A DNA stretch of 64,000 nt, from positions 1 through 64,000 of the forward strand of contig CAXSGP010000012.1 of assembly GCA_964236955.1 (NCBI GenBank). The letters run 5' to 3'. Within the stretch, counting starts at the first letter, position 1, and the number at the start of each line of letters is the position of its first letter. The notes beneath the pieces are model-generated. The model saw only the letters and a program-made list of their open reading frames with translations, did not search any database and had not been told where the DNA came from. Below are positions 9,574-19,437 of this stretch, in pieces. The DNA comes from an uncultured Oligoflexus sp. (GTDB lineage: Bacteria; Bdellovibrionota_B; Oligoflexia; Oligoflexales; Oligoflexaceae). A program made the position numbers and the translations under genes.

Positions 9574-9927
9574 TTACCCTGGTGGCCAGGAGAGTCGACG
9601 CCCGCCGAGTATGTGGGCATGGATATAATCGACAGTCTGCTGTCCGTCTCGCCCATTGTTAAAGACCACTCGGTAACCACTTTCGTCGAGATTCAAATGC
9701 TTCGCGACGCGTGCCACCGCACTGATATAATCACCGATTTTTATAGGATCTGCACTCTCAAAATCAGCGAATCGCAGCCATTTATGCTTAGGAATAACCA
9801 AGACATGGATCGGCGCCTGAGGCGAGATATCGTGAAAAGCGAGAACCGTCTCATCTTCGAAAGCGACGTTCGCCGGTATTTCCCTGGCCAGAATCCTATC
9901 GAACAGAGTCATGACGCTCTTCCTCAT
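9574..9927 (-). CDS. hinT: HIT family nucleotide hydrolase (true start probably at MTLFDRIL)
   Basis: AFHDISPQAPIHVLVIPK and the histidine-triad region YIHAHILGGR. Confidence 0.92.
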   Translation of the reverse strand: MRKSVMTLFDRILAREIPANVAFEDETVLAFHDISPQAPIHVLVIPKHKWLRFADFESADPIKIGDYISAVARVAKHLNLDESGYRVVFNNGRDGQQTVDYIHAHILGGRRLSWPPG

Positions 9928-9942
9928 CAGCTGGAATCGTGA

Positions 9943-10533
9943 TCAAGCTTTATATTCCGCACCAAACATTTCGCGTTCGATCAATTCAATCAAGGTATGA
10001 ATGACCTTGATGTGAAGTTCCTGCACGCGATCGGCATAGCGGCCTGCGGGAGTGCAGATGTCGACATCGGCGAGTCTGCCCAGGGCGCTGTCGGGTTTGC
10101 CCGTGAGCGTGATCACCTTCATGCCGATCGCCTTTGCGGCTTCAGCGGCTTTGATGACGTTTGCACTTTTCCCGCTTGTGGAAATTCCTAAGAGCACATC
10201 CCCAGCCCGCCCTTGAGCTTCGACAAAACGGGAGAACACATAATCGAATCCATAGTCGTTGCCCACGCAGGTAAGGTGAGCACCATCGCCCATCGATAGC
10301 GCACCGAGGGCCGGACGATTTTCCCGATAGCGTCCGCTTAGTTCCTCAGCAAAGTGAGTGGCGTCACACATAGATCCACCATTGCCGCAGGAATAAACAT
10401 GACCCCGCGCCCGAAAGCTTGTAGCAAAGACCTTGGTGGCCTCAGCAATGCGTTCGTGGGCCTGGTGATTGTCCAATAGCCCTTCCAGTGCCTGTTGGGC
10501 TTCACGAAAACTAGCGCGTATATGTTCCAGCAT
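9943..10533 (-). CDS. gmhA: Phosphoheptose isomerase
   Basis: [38 protein letters not shown]. Start taken at ATG 10533 rather than 10638. Confidence 0.95.
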   Translation of the reverse strand: MLEHIRASFREAQQALEGLLDNHQAHERIAEATKVFATSFRARGHVYSCGNGGSMCDATHFAEELSGRYRENRPALGALSMGDGAHLTCVGNDYGFDYVFSRFVEAQGRAGDVLLGISTSGKSANVIKAAEAAKAIGMKVITLTGKPDSALGRLADVDICTPAGRYADRVQELHIKVIHTLIELIEREMFGAEYKA

Positions 10534-10687
10534 CAGGGACTCACTTTCTGAGCGCCAAGTCAGACCAAGGCGCTGATAGGATTCATATGCGATATTGCCA
10601 TAAGAACGCCGGGAAGGCCAAAGCAAATTGCAGTCCACATCGTGACATGAAATACTTTTAAAGTGCTCTTATGAAAAGGAATCTATC

Positions 10688-11371
10688 GTGACCAGTCGCA
10701 CCCGCCCCCTCCATATCGCAGTCATCGATCCGGGATGCCGGGTCCCCGAACTCGATAACTACAATCGCCTCGGCCTCAGCAATCCCGAAGTCAGGCTTAG
10801 CTATCACTTGCCTGCGCTTTTTGGCATGAGCTCGCTAAAGCTTCTCATACAAAAGATTGACGCCATGATCATTTTTGGATCCTCGGCCTCGGTCTATGAC
10901 AATCTCCCCTGGCAGGTGGAATTGCACAACTGGATCAAAGCGGAAATCGAGCGCGGCGTTGCCACCTTAGGAATCTGCTATGGTCACCAGCTGCTTGCCC
11001 ATCTCTTTGGTGGAAGCGTGGGCTTTGCCTTGGCAAGTCAGGAAAAATACCAAGGGCTCCGGCGCATCGAATTTTCACAGCCAGGTTTCTGGTCGGCTAA
11101 CAACGGGCGTTTTATCGTTTCCCATCGAGAGCTTATCACGCGTTTGCCGGAAGTGTTTGAAGGCTGCGCCCAAAGCCCCGAATGTTCCTTTGAGCTCATT
11201 CGCCACCGGCAGCTACCGGTTTGGGGGATACAGTCCCATCCCGAGGCCGGCCCGGAATTTATTCAGAACGCGATGATACCCCTGACCCCTGAGGATAAGG
11301 CCCCCTTTGCTGCGGGTCAGGACTTTATGCGAAAATTCGTGCTTCATCTTTTGCAAACGACCCGGAGTTGA
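10688..11371 (+). CDS. Class I glutamine amidotransferase-like protein
   Basis: LGICYGHQ (nucleophile Cys) and QSHPE (His-x-Glu). Confidence 0.88.
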   Translation: MTSRTRPLHIAVIDPGCRVPELDNYNRLGLSNPEVRLSYHLPALFGMSSLKLLIQKIDAMIIFGSSASVYDNLPWQVELHNWIKAEIERGVATLGICYGHQLLAHLFGGSVGFALASQEKYQGLRRIEFSQPGFWSANNGRFIVSHRELITRLPEVFEGCAQSPECSFELIRHRQLPVWGIQSHPEAGPEFIQNAMIPLTPEDKAPFAAGQDFMRKFVLHLLQTTRS

Positions 11372-11578
11372 TGAGCGGGTGCCGGCCCTCATCATAGAGT
11401 GAGTGGGCCTTGTCCCTAAAAAATCAACTCTTTTAGAGTGCATGGGATCGAGAAGTGGCGCTTAAGTGCAAAGCTCACCATCCTATCGAAATGTCCATAG
11501 GTGGGCAATTACATACCCATGACGCAAATTTAATATCAATGATTATAAGTGATTATGATCGAACCTATACGCTCTCGC

Positions 11579-11605
11579 TCAATTGTTTTTATGACCGGAC
11601 GAAAG
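11579..11605 (+). promoter_or_regulatory. Putative sigma-28 (FliA) promoter of flagellin
   Basis: TCAA-N15-GACGAAAG versus consensus TAAA-N15-GCCGATAA, 53 nt upstream of the flagellin start. Confidence 0.5.
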
Positions 11606-11658
11606 AAAGGTTACTGGGTCGCACGATGTGACTCGAACATATGACAGGAGGTCACAGT

Positions 11659-12582
11659 ATGGGTTTAAGAATCAGAACCAATACCGCATCCATCAACGCA
11701 CAGCGTCGTTTGGGCAAGTCGGTAAGCAACCTTGAAGATTCAGCTGCAAAGTTATCTTCGGGAAAGCGCATTAACAGAGCAGCGGATGACGCTGCCGGTC
11801 TCGCGATCTCGTCCAACTTAACTGCGGACGTTCGCTCACTCAATCAGGCAAAACGCAACGCTCAGGATGGTGTTTCCCTGGTGCAAACGGCAGAAGGTGG
11901 TCTCGAAGAAACCACCAACATGCTGACTCGCCTTCGCGAACTTGCGGTACAAGGTGCGAGTGATACCATCGGTGAGACAGAACGCGGATTCCTCGATAAG
12001 GAATTTGTCGCTCTAAAAGACGAAATCGACCGTATCGCCACAGCTACCGAATTCAACGGAACCCGTCTTATCGTTGGTGATACAAAGCTTCCTGATGAAA
12101 TCGCCAACCAGGCAGGAACTTTCCCACTTGAAATTCAAGTCGGCAAAGACTACTTCAACGGTGTTGATAACGTCAACGAAGCGAACCAAGTCAACATCAT
12201 CAAAATCGATCTCGGCAAACTCAATGCCTATACCTCGGGTGAAGGATCCCTTGGGATCGGCAAAGCGGAGGAGGGCACCCGGGTTAATTCGAAAATGAGT
12301 GCTCAGCAGTCTATCAACCAAGTCGATGCAGCGATCGTTAAAGTTTCAGACTATCGTTCTTACCTCGGTGCGATTCAAAACCGATTGGGCAGCACGATCG
12401 ACAGCTTGGCCGTCAGTACAGAGAACCTGAGTGCAGCCAACAGCCGTATCCTTGATACGGACTTTGCTGAAGAGACCGCGAAATACACTTCGGCCAACAT
12501 CCTCAAGTCGGCTGGTACCTCGGTCCTCGCTCAAGCCAACCAGTTGCCACAGTCTGCGCAGGAATTGTTACGAAACCTCTAA
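11659..12582 (+). CDS. fliC: Flagellin
   Basis: RIRTNTAS, LSSGKRINRAADDAAGLAIS, LGAIQNRL, ANSRILDTDFAEE; SD GGAGG before ATG 11659. Confidence 0.97.
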   Translation: MGLRIRTNTASINAQRRLGKSVSNLEDSAAKLSSGKRINRAADDAAGLAISSNLTADVRSLNQAKRNAQDGVSLVQTAEGGLEETTNMLTRLRELAVQGASDTIGETERGFLDKEFVALKDEIDRIATATEFNGTRLIVGDTKLPDEIANQAGTFPLEIQVGKDYFNGVDNVNEANQVNIIKIDLGKLNAYTSGEGSLGIGKAEEGTRVNSKMSAQQSINQVDAAIVKVSDYRSYLGAIQNRLGSTIDSLAVSTENLSAANSRILDTDFAEETAKYTSANILKSAGTSVLAQANQLPQSAQELLRNL

Positions 12583-12647
12583 GTCCTTAGTCGGCGTGCT
12601 TACTGTACTGAACTGGTTCTTTAAACCTCATGTGATTCCGTCATAAA

Positions 12648-12680
12648 GGCGGGAGCCCCCTGCTCCCGCCCCTGCCTTTC
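12648..12680 (+). terminator. Hairpin downstream of flagellin
   Basis: GGCGGGAGC-cccct-GCTCCCGCC; weak U-tract. Confidence 0.55.
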
Positions 12681-12792
12681 CCCACCAAAAATATTCATCC
12701 GTTCCCCCAGGTTCCGTTCCAGCGTTGACCAAACGCCCGCCGTTCTTCATGATAGGAGGCGAACCAAGCTCCGTTTTTTATTGAGGCTCATC

Positions 12793-13704
12793 ATGGACAG
12801 ACAGCGCACGATTGAGATCATTGGGGCACCATCTGATCTCGGGGCCAATATACGAGGTGCAAATATGGGACCCGCTTCCATACGCATCGCCCATCTCAAG
12901 AAAAAAATTGAACAGCAGGGATTTAAAGTCACCGACCTGGGTGATCTGCATATCCCTATTCGTGAATCCTTGACCGAGGCCATCACATCCAGTTTTTATC
13001 TCGATCCCATCCGCGCTATCTGCACCAATCTCGCCAATATCACCGAAGCGATCATGGATCGTGGCAACATTCCCATCACGCTCGGCGGCGATCACTCGGT
13101 CGCGATTGGCAGTATCAGCGGAATTTTACGCCATTTCGCTAAAAACCAGCAGGAAATGGGCCTTATCTGGGTCGATGCGCATGCCGACGTCAACACGCCA
13201 ACCAGCTCGCCCTCGGGCAATATTCATGGCATGCCGCTCGCCGTGCTTTTGGGCCAGGGGCATGCCGAACTCACGTCGATCAGCGGTAAAAAACTTCGGC
13301 CGCAAAATACCGCGCTCATTGGCATTCGCAATATCGACGATGAGGAAAAGCGCATCCTGCGCGAAAGTGGAATCAAATTCTTCACGATGCGCGATATCGA
13401 TGAAAAGGGCATGTTTAACGTGATGCGTGAGGCCATCGAGCATGCCTCTAAGGGGACGGCCGGCATCCATGCCTCTTTCGATATCGATGGAATCGATCCC
13501 CGCTATGCGCCGGGTGTCAGTACCCCTGTGAGCGGAGGACTCACCTTGCGCGAGGCTCACCTTTGTCTGGAAATGATCTACGAAACCAAAAAACTCGTCG
13601 GAATGGACCTGGTTGAACTGAATCCGGTAGCGGATGTCAACGCCCAATCCGCAAACCTGGTCGTTGATCTCATCCTTTCCGGCCTTGGAAAATCCATTGT
13701 GTAA
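12793..13704 (+). CDS. rocF: Arginase
   Basis: LGGDHS, DAHAD, SGNIHGMP, SFDIDGIDP, ELNP. Confidence 0.93.
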   Translation: MDRQRTIEIIGAPSDLGANIRGANMGPASIRIAHLKKKIEQQGFKVTDLGDLHIPIRESLTEAITSSFYLDPIRAICTNLANITEAIMDRGNIPITLGGDHSVAIGSISGILRHFAKNQQEMGLIWVDAHADVNTPTSSPSGNIHGMPLAVLLGQGHAELTSISGKKLRPQNTALIGIRNIDDEEKRILRESGIKFFTMRDIDEKGMFNVMREAIEHASKGTAGIHASFDIDGIDPRYAPGVSTPVSGGLTLREAHLCLEMIYETKKLVGMDLVELNPVADVNAQSANLVVDLILSGLGKSIV

Positions 13705-13820
13705 GCCTAAGCGCCGCACTATTGCCTCTCATGTCTTGATATTCCAGTGACGCTAGGGTATGCACAGGGGGCAATTGACACCATAGTGGCTCATTCTGCG
13801 GAAATTCAGGACAAGACCTT

Positions 13821-14915
13821 ATGTTCACTCTCCATAAAAAAGACGGCAATGCCCGCCTTGGAACTCTTGACCTCGCTCATGGGCAGGTGCAAACTCCTAT
13901 CTTTATGCCGGTCGGAACCGTTGGCTCGGTGAAGACTATGGTCCCCGAAGACCTTCATAAGCTCGGCGCTGAAATTATTCTCGGCAACACCTATCACCTC
14001 TTTATCCGACCTGGGCTTGAGGTTATCCGTGAATTTGGCGGACTCCATGCTTTCGTCAATTGGAACAAACCAATTTTGACCGATAGCGGAGGCTTTCAGA
14101 TTTTTAGTTTGGCAAACCAAAGAAAAATCGACGAAAGCGGCGCCACATTTCAAAGTCACCTGGATGGCAAACGCATCCATCTTACCCCTGAACTGGCCGT
14201 CGAAATCCAAGAGACGCTCGGTGCCGACATTCATATGGTTCTGGACGAATGCACCTCCCATCCGGCGACTTACGAACAGGCCCGTGATTCGATGCGCCGC
14301 TCGATGCGTTGGGCCGCAAGATCCCGCGCGGCACGGACCCGCATGGAACTTGCTCAATTTGGTATCGTTCAAGGCAGCATGTATGAGGATCTTCGAACCG
14401 AAAGCATCGAGGCTCTGACGGCGATCAACTTTGAAGGCTACAGCATCGGCGGCCTCTCCGTCGGCGAACCCAAACCCGATATGCGCCGCATCACCAAACA
14501 CTGCTGCGATCGTTTACCCGAAGCCAAACCCCGCTATCTCATGGGTGTCGGCACTCCTCTCGACCTGATCGAATCGATCGACGCGGGCATCGACATGTTC
14601 GATTGCGTCATGCCCACGAGGAATGGCCGCAATGGAACTCTGTTCACATCCAAGGGTCGCGTGAATATCAAAAACACGCGTTATCGCCTGGAAAAAGGCC
14701 CTCTGGACGAAGCCTGTGCCTGCTACACCTGCCAAAACTTCTCGCTCTCCTACCTTCGCCATCTCTTCATGGCCAAGGAGTATACTGGTCAGCGACTTTT
14801 GACCCTTCATAATCTGACATATTATATGAAGCTCATCCACGACATCCGTGCGGCAATTGCTGATGGCAGCTTTCAAGATCTTCTGAAGCATCATCAGGGA
14901 CTCTGGGAAACATAA
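13821..14915 (+). CDS. tgt: Queuine tRNA-ribosyltransferase
   Basis: TPIFMPVGT, NTYHL, TDSGGFQ, DMFDCVMPTR and the Zn site CACYTC...H. Confidence 0.97.
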   Translation: MFTLHKKDGNARLGTLDLAHGQVQTPIFMPVGTVGSVKTMVPEDLHKLGAEIILGNTYHLFIRPGLEVIREFGGLHAFVNWNKPILTDSGGFQIFSLANQRKIDESGATFQSHLDGKRIHLTPELAVEIQETLGADIHMVLDECTSHPATYEQARDSMRRSMRWAARSRAARTRMELAQFGIVQGSMYEDLRTESIEALTAINFEGYSIGGLSVGEPKPDMRRITKHCCDRLPEAKPRYLMGVGTPLDLIESIDAGIDMFDCVMPTRNGRNGTLFTSKGRVNIKNTRYRLEKGPLDEACACYTCQNFSLSYLRHLFMAKEYTGQRLLTLHNLTYYMKLIHDIRAAIADGSFQDLLKHHQGLWET

Positions 14916-14939
14916 AGTGTTCTCTTTGCTGTCTAAAAT

Positions 14940-14988
14940 GCGGTGGCATCCGGCCGAAGCCGAAGCCACCGCTTTCTCTATTTTCTTT
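14940..14988 (+). terminator. Intrinsic terminator after tgt
   Basis: GCGGTGGC...GCCACCGC stem followed by TTTCTCTATTTTCTTT. Confidence 0.65.
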
Positions 14989-15078
14989 AATCCCTATCAA
15001 TTTGCCTTTATTAATCGCCGCCTCATTTTGCTTTTGTTAGAGTTGCCATGCTAAAGCAGAACTCTTCGAGGCTTATCG

Positions 15079-16338
15079 ATGCGCATTTCAAAAAGCATAC
15101 TGTTCCTCTGTCTATCACTCTTCTTAAGTACGGCGCTTGAGGCGGAGATCTTGACCTGGGAGCAGTGCGTGAGCGAAGCGACCCGAGGCAATGCCGCGGT
15201 GAAGTCAGCTTATGAAGCCTGGAAGGCGACGTCAAGTCGCGTGCAGGTCTCCAAAAGTCAGTTTTTACCTCTGGTATCGGCAGATTTTTCGGCGCGATAT
15301 GGCAGGAACGAAAGTGTTCCCTTTGCCAAAGCCGGGGAGAGTTACAATGCTTCACTCAATATAAGCCAAAACATTTTTAATGGCTGGGCCGATACTGCAC
15401 GCGTCGAGCAAAGCCAGGCTGATGTCGCGATCGCGGACAGCTCTCTTCAAATCGCTAAGGCCCAGGCGGCATTTGACCTTAAAAGCGCCTATGCAGACCT
15501 TGTCTATGCCCAGCGGGCCATACGCCTTCAGGAAAACATCAGAGACCGCCGTAAATCCAACTTAAACCTGGTTGATCTCCGATTTGATAACGGCTCTGAA
15601 AATAAAGGCTCGGTTTTGCTATCTCAGGCTTACCTGAGCCAGGCCGAACTCAATATCATTCAAGCGTCCAACAAGATCAATATCGCGGCCGCGCAGCTGG
15701 CACGGGCCCTGGGTCGGGACGGCGATCAGCCTTTGAGGGTGGCTGAGACAGTTCCCGCTATTGTGATTCCCAAAAATCCTGATTTTCAGGCTCTGGCCCT
15801 CACCACACCGCAAAGGGTGCAGGCAGTCTATCGGGAGAAATCAGCGGAATCCTCTATCACTCTCTCCAAAGCCGGATATTTTCCGACGCTTGGCATCACG
15901 GGATCGCTCGGTCGTCAGGATGATAGCTTTTTCCCACAGGACCGTAGCTGGTCGCTTGGCTTGCTGGTGAGCATACCCATTTTCAACGGCGGCAGGGATT
16001 ATTACTCCACCCAGGCGGCCATAGCCACTCGATCGGCAGCTGGTGCCACGCGTGAGGATCTGGATCGGCAGCTATTGTCGACCCTTAATACCAATCTCAG
16101 TCGACTGACCGAGGCCAAGAAAAATCTGGAAGTCACGCAGAGCTTTCTCAAAGCGTCCGAGATGCGTGCGGAAATCGGTCGCAGTCGCTACAATAACGGG
16201 CTACTCTCGTTCGATGACTGGGATGTGATAGAGACCGATCTTATCAATCGTCAGCAGGCCAATATACAAAGTGAAAGAGACTATATACTTGCTGAAGCTA
16301 CTTGGGAAAATGGTCTCGGAACTGGGAGTATAAAGTGA
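15079..16338 (+). CDS. TolC-family outer-membrane efflux protein
   Basis: Signal peptide and two OEP repeats (QFLPLVS.../GYFPTLG...VSIPIFNGG); first gene of a MacAB operon. Confidence 0.9.
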   Translation: MRISKSILFLCLSLFLSTALEAEILTWEQCVSEATRGNAAVKSAYEAWKATSSRVQVSKSQFLPLVSADFSARYGRNESVPFAKAGESYNASLNISQNIFNGWADTARVEQSQADVAIADSSLQIAKAQAAFDLKSAYADLVYAQRAIRLQENIRDRRKSNLNLVDLRFDNGSENKGSVLLSQAYLSQAELNIIQASNKINIAAAQLARALGRDGDQPLRVAETVPAIVIPKNPDFQALALTTPQRVQAVYREKSAESSITLSKAGYFPTLGITGSLGRQDDSFFPQDRSWSLGLLVSIPIFNGGRDYYSTQAAIATRSAAGATREDLDRQLLSTLNTNLSRLTEAKKNLEVTQSFLKASEMRAEIGRSRYNNGLLSFDDWDVIETDLINRQQANIQSERDYILAEATWENGLGTGSIK

Positions 16339-17363
16339 GCAAGAGCCAGAAAAAATCTTATGTAAAGCCGCTGATCATCCTTCTCATCTTGGGTGCTGCG
16401 GGTTTCGGCGGCTATACTTATTACAAAAAGAAGAAGGAAGCGAGCGCGCGCCCTGTCTATCGCGAAGAGACGGTGGAACGGGGCAATCTCGATAGGACAG
16501 TCCTCGCGACGGGTGAGGTTCTGCCTCAAAACCGCCTTGAAATCAAACCGCCCATAGCCGGCCGGGTCGAGCAGGTTTTGGTTGATGAAGGTGACAAGGT
16601 GAAAAAGGGCCAGATCATAGGCTGGATGAGTTCGACTGAGCGGGCCGCACTGCTCGACTCGGCTAGGGCCAAAGGCGCGGCTGAACTCAAGCGTTGGGAA
16701 GACATGTATCGACCCACCCCCATACTTGCGCCGATTGCCGGCACCGTGATTCTCCGCAACGTCGAGCCGGGTCAGACCTTTACCAATACCGAAGCCGTCG
16801 TGGTCCTTTCCGATCGTCTTACGGTCAAAGCGAAGGTTGATGAAACCGATCTCTCGCAAATCAAAATCGGTCAGCGCGCAAAGATTGTTCTCGATGCCTA
16901 TCCGAAAGAACCTATTGAGGGCCGCGTGGATAAACTCGCCTTTGAAGCCGTGACAACCAGCAACGTCACCACCTACACGACCGACGTTGTGCCATTGAAA
17001 ACGCCTGATTTCATGCGCTCGGGAATGACGGCTAATGTCACCTTCTATGCAGAAACCCGTGAGCATGTGCTTTTGGTCAGCACCGAGGCGATTCGAAGCG
17101 AAAGCAACCAGACTTTTGTCCTCGTCAAAGCTCAGGATCCCAAGCTTCCACCGCTGCAAAAAAACATAAAGATTGGCCTCACCGATGGCAAACGCACCGA
17201 AATCACTGAGGGCGTTGCCGATGGCGAGACGATATTGATCACCGACATCGCGTTAAACGATGCCGAGAAAAAGTCGAGCAATCCTTTCAGTCCTATGGGC
17301 GGTACCCGGAGGCCTGGCGGCGCTGGCGGTGGCGGCGGCGGCGGCGGCGGCAGGGGACGTTAA
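16335..17363 (+). CDS. macA: MacA-type periplasmic adaptor (membrane fusion protein)
   Basis: N-terminal TM, lipoyl/hairpin motifs (IAGRVEQVLVDEGDKVKKGQ, ILAPIAGTV), RSGMTANV. GTG start overlaps the TolC stop. Confidence 0.88.
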   Translation: MSKSQKKSYVKPLIILLILGAAGFGGYTYYKKKKEASARPVYREETVERGNLDRTVLATGEVLPQNRLEIKPPIAGRVEQVLVDEGDKVKKGQIIGWMSSTERAALLDSARAKGAAELKRWEDMYRPTPILAPIAGTVILRNVEPGQTFTNTEAVVVLSDRLTVKAKVDETDLSQIKIGQRAKIVLDAYPKEPIEGRVDKLAFEAVTTSNVTTYTTDVVPLKTPDFMRSGMTANVTFYAETREHVLLVSTEAIRSESNQTFVLVKAQDPKLPPLQKNIKIGLTDGKRTEITEGVADGETILITDIALNDAEKKSSNPFSPMGGTRRPGGAGGGGGGGGGRGR

Positions 17364-17365
17364 AT

Positions 17366-19318
17366 ATGCTCGAAATTAAAGATATGCATAAGCGCTACCA
17401 GATGGGCGACGTAACGGTGAACGCCCTTAAGGGTGTCAACCTAACGATAGAACAAGGGGATTTTGTAGCCATCATGGGTCCCTCGGGCTCGGGCAAATCC
17501 ACCCTCATGCATATCCTCGGTCTGCTTGATGCTCCGACCGAGGGCTCTTATAAAGTAAAGGGCCATGAAGTCTCGCAGCTGCGAGAGGATGAACTTGCCG
17601 TCTTTCGCCGGGAGGTCATTGGCTTTATTTTTCAGCAATTCAACCTCTTGCCACGTATGGATGCTGCGGAGAACGTGGCCTTGCCCCTGCTCTACAGTGA
17701 AAAACGCCTGGATCTTGACAAAGCCAAGGTTTTGCTTGAAAAGGTCGGCCTCGGTGCGAGGACCCATCACCGCCCGAGCGAACTCTCCGGCGGTCAGCAG
17801 CAAAGGGTGGCCATCGCCCGCTCTCTCGTCAACAATCCCATGATGATCCTTGCCGATGAACCAACGGGTAACCTCGATTCGACCAGTGAGAAGGAGATCC
17901 TCGGCATTCTGCAGGACCTTAATAATGCCGGCATAACAATTGTAATCGTAACCCACGAGGAGGAAGTGGGAATGCAGGCCAAGCGTCTGATCCGAATGCG
18001 TGATGGCGTTATCCAATCGGATCAACGTCGGGTGCCTTTTGCGCAGAATAATCTCGACAAGACAGGCGCTGAATCAAAGCTCAGCAGGTTGCCATTGGCA
18101 AGCGTTTTTCAGCATTTTGCCCAAGGCATCAAGACCCTCGCCGCAAATAAAGTGCGAACCGTTCTGTCGGTGCTCGGCATCCTTATCGGCGTTGCCGCCG
18201 TGGTCGCGATGCTGGCCATTGGCAGTGGAGCGCAAGCCGCGATGGAAAAGGAACTGAGTTCACTGGGCTCTAACCTGCTTATCCTTCGTCCCGGTGCCAC
18301 CCGTTCCAGTGGCGGTGTTCGCTCCGAAGCGGGCGCGACCACCAAAATGACCCAAGACGATGCTAATGATATTAAGAACGCTGTGGCTAACATCAATAAT
18401 GTGGTGTCGACGGTCAATGGCCGCGGTCAGATCACCTATGGCAATAAAAACTGGAGCACCCAAATCCTCGGAACCAACCCACCCTATGCCACGATGCATG
18501 CGGCGGTTCCGCAATCGGGCCGCTTTTTCACTGATGATGAAAATAGCGCGAGGGCTCGGGTGGCCGTAATCGGCATGACTCTGGTACGCGAGCTTTTTGG
18601 CAAAGAAAATCCCCTCGGCAGCATGATCAAGGTCAACAAAGTGAATTTTCAGGTCATAGGGATTTTACCGGCTAAAGGCGCCAACGGTTTTCGGGATCAG
18701 GACGATATTGTTATCATGCCCCTAAATTCGGCGATGTATCGCATTCTCGGCAAGGAAAACGTCGATACGATAGAAATCGAGGTCACCGGCCCGCAGTACA
18801 CCGAAAGCGCCCAGGAACAAATACTGAACAGAATCAATACGAGGCGCCGCGTACCCGTGTCCCAGCAGGAGGACGCCTATCAGGTCAGGAATATGGCCGA
18901 CATTCAACAGGCGCTGTCCTCAAGCACCAAGATCATGAGTCTCCTGCTGTCGGCTATTGCTTCGATCTCACTGGTCGTCGGTGGGATAGGAATCATGAAT
19001 ATCATGCTGGTGTCGGTCACCGAGCGCACGCGGGAGATCGGCCTTAGAAAAGCGGTGGGAGCCACGCGCGGCGATATCCTTATCCAATTCCTGGTCGAAT
19101 CCATCGTCGTTTCCTTGCTCGGCGGCATTTTCGGACTGGCCTTGGCCTGGACGGTGACGACTGGACTCACCTATTTTGCGGACTGGCCGGCCCAGATTTC
19201 ATTGTCCTCGGTCGTACTTTCTATCGTCTTTTCCAGCGGCGTGGGGATGATCTTTGGTATTTATCCGGCCCGGAAAGCCTCGCTGCTTCATCCTATAGAA
19301 GCGCTTCGCTACGATTGA
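17366..19318 (+). CDS. macB: MacB-type fused ABC ATPase/permease
   Basis: [27 protein letters not shown], FtsX-like GGIGIMNIMLVSVTERTREIG. Confidence 0.95.
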   Translation: MLEIKDMHKRYQMGDVTVNALKGVNLTIEQGDFVAIMGPSGSGKSTLMHILGLLDAPTEGSYKVKGHEVSQLREDELAVFRREVIGFIFQQFNLLPRMDAAENVALPLLYSEKRLDLDKAKVLLEKVGLGARTHHRPSELSGGQQQRVAIARSLVNNPMMILADEPTGNLDSTSEKEILGILQDLNNAGITIVIVTHEEEVGMQAKRLIRMRDGVIQSDQRRVPFAQNNLDKTGAESKLSRLPLASVFQHFAQGIKTLAANKVRTVLSVLGILIGVAAVVAMLAIGSGAQAAMEKELSSLGSNLLILRPGATRSSGGVRSEAGATTKMTQDDANDIKNAVANINNVVSTVNGRGQITYGNKNWSTQILGTNPPYATMHAAVPQSGRFFTDDENSARARVAVIGMTLVRELFGKENPLGSMIKVNKVNFQVIGILPAKGANGFRDQDDIVIMPLNSAMYRILGKENVDTIEIEVTGPQYTESAQEQILNRINTRRRVPVSQQEDAYQVRNMADIQQALSSSTKIMSLLLSAIASISLVVGGIGIMNIMLVSVTERTREIGLRKAVGATRGDILIQFLVESIVVSLLGGIFGLALAWTVTTGLTYFADWPAQISLSSVVLSIVFSSGVGMIFGIYPARKASLLHPIEALRYD

Positions 19319-19437
19319 TTCATGGGCTCCTGGCTTTAGCGTTGCTAAGTAAGCGCCAGAATATAAGGGGGCGTGTTTTGCCAAGCCTTGCCGGTTTGAC
19401 AGAACACGTCCCTTTTTTATGCGAGACAAGGGGTCCC

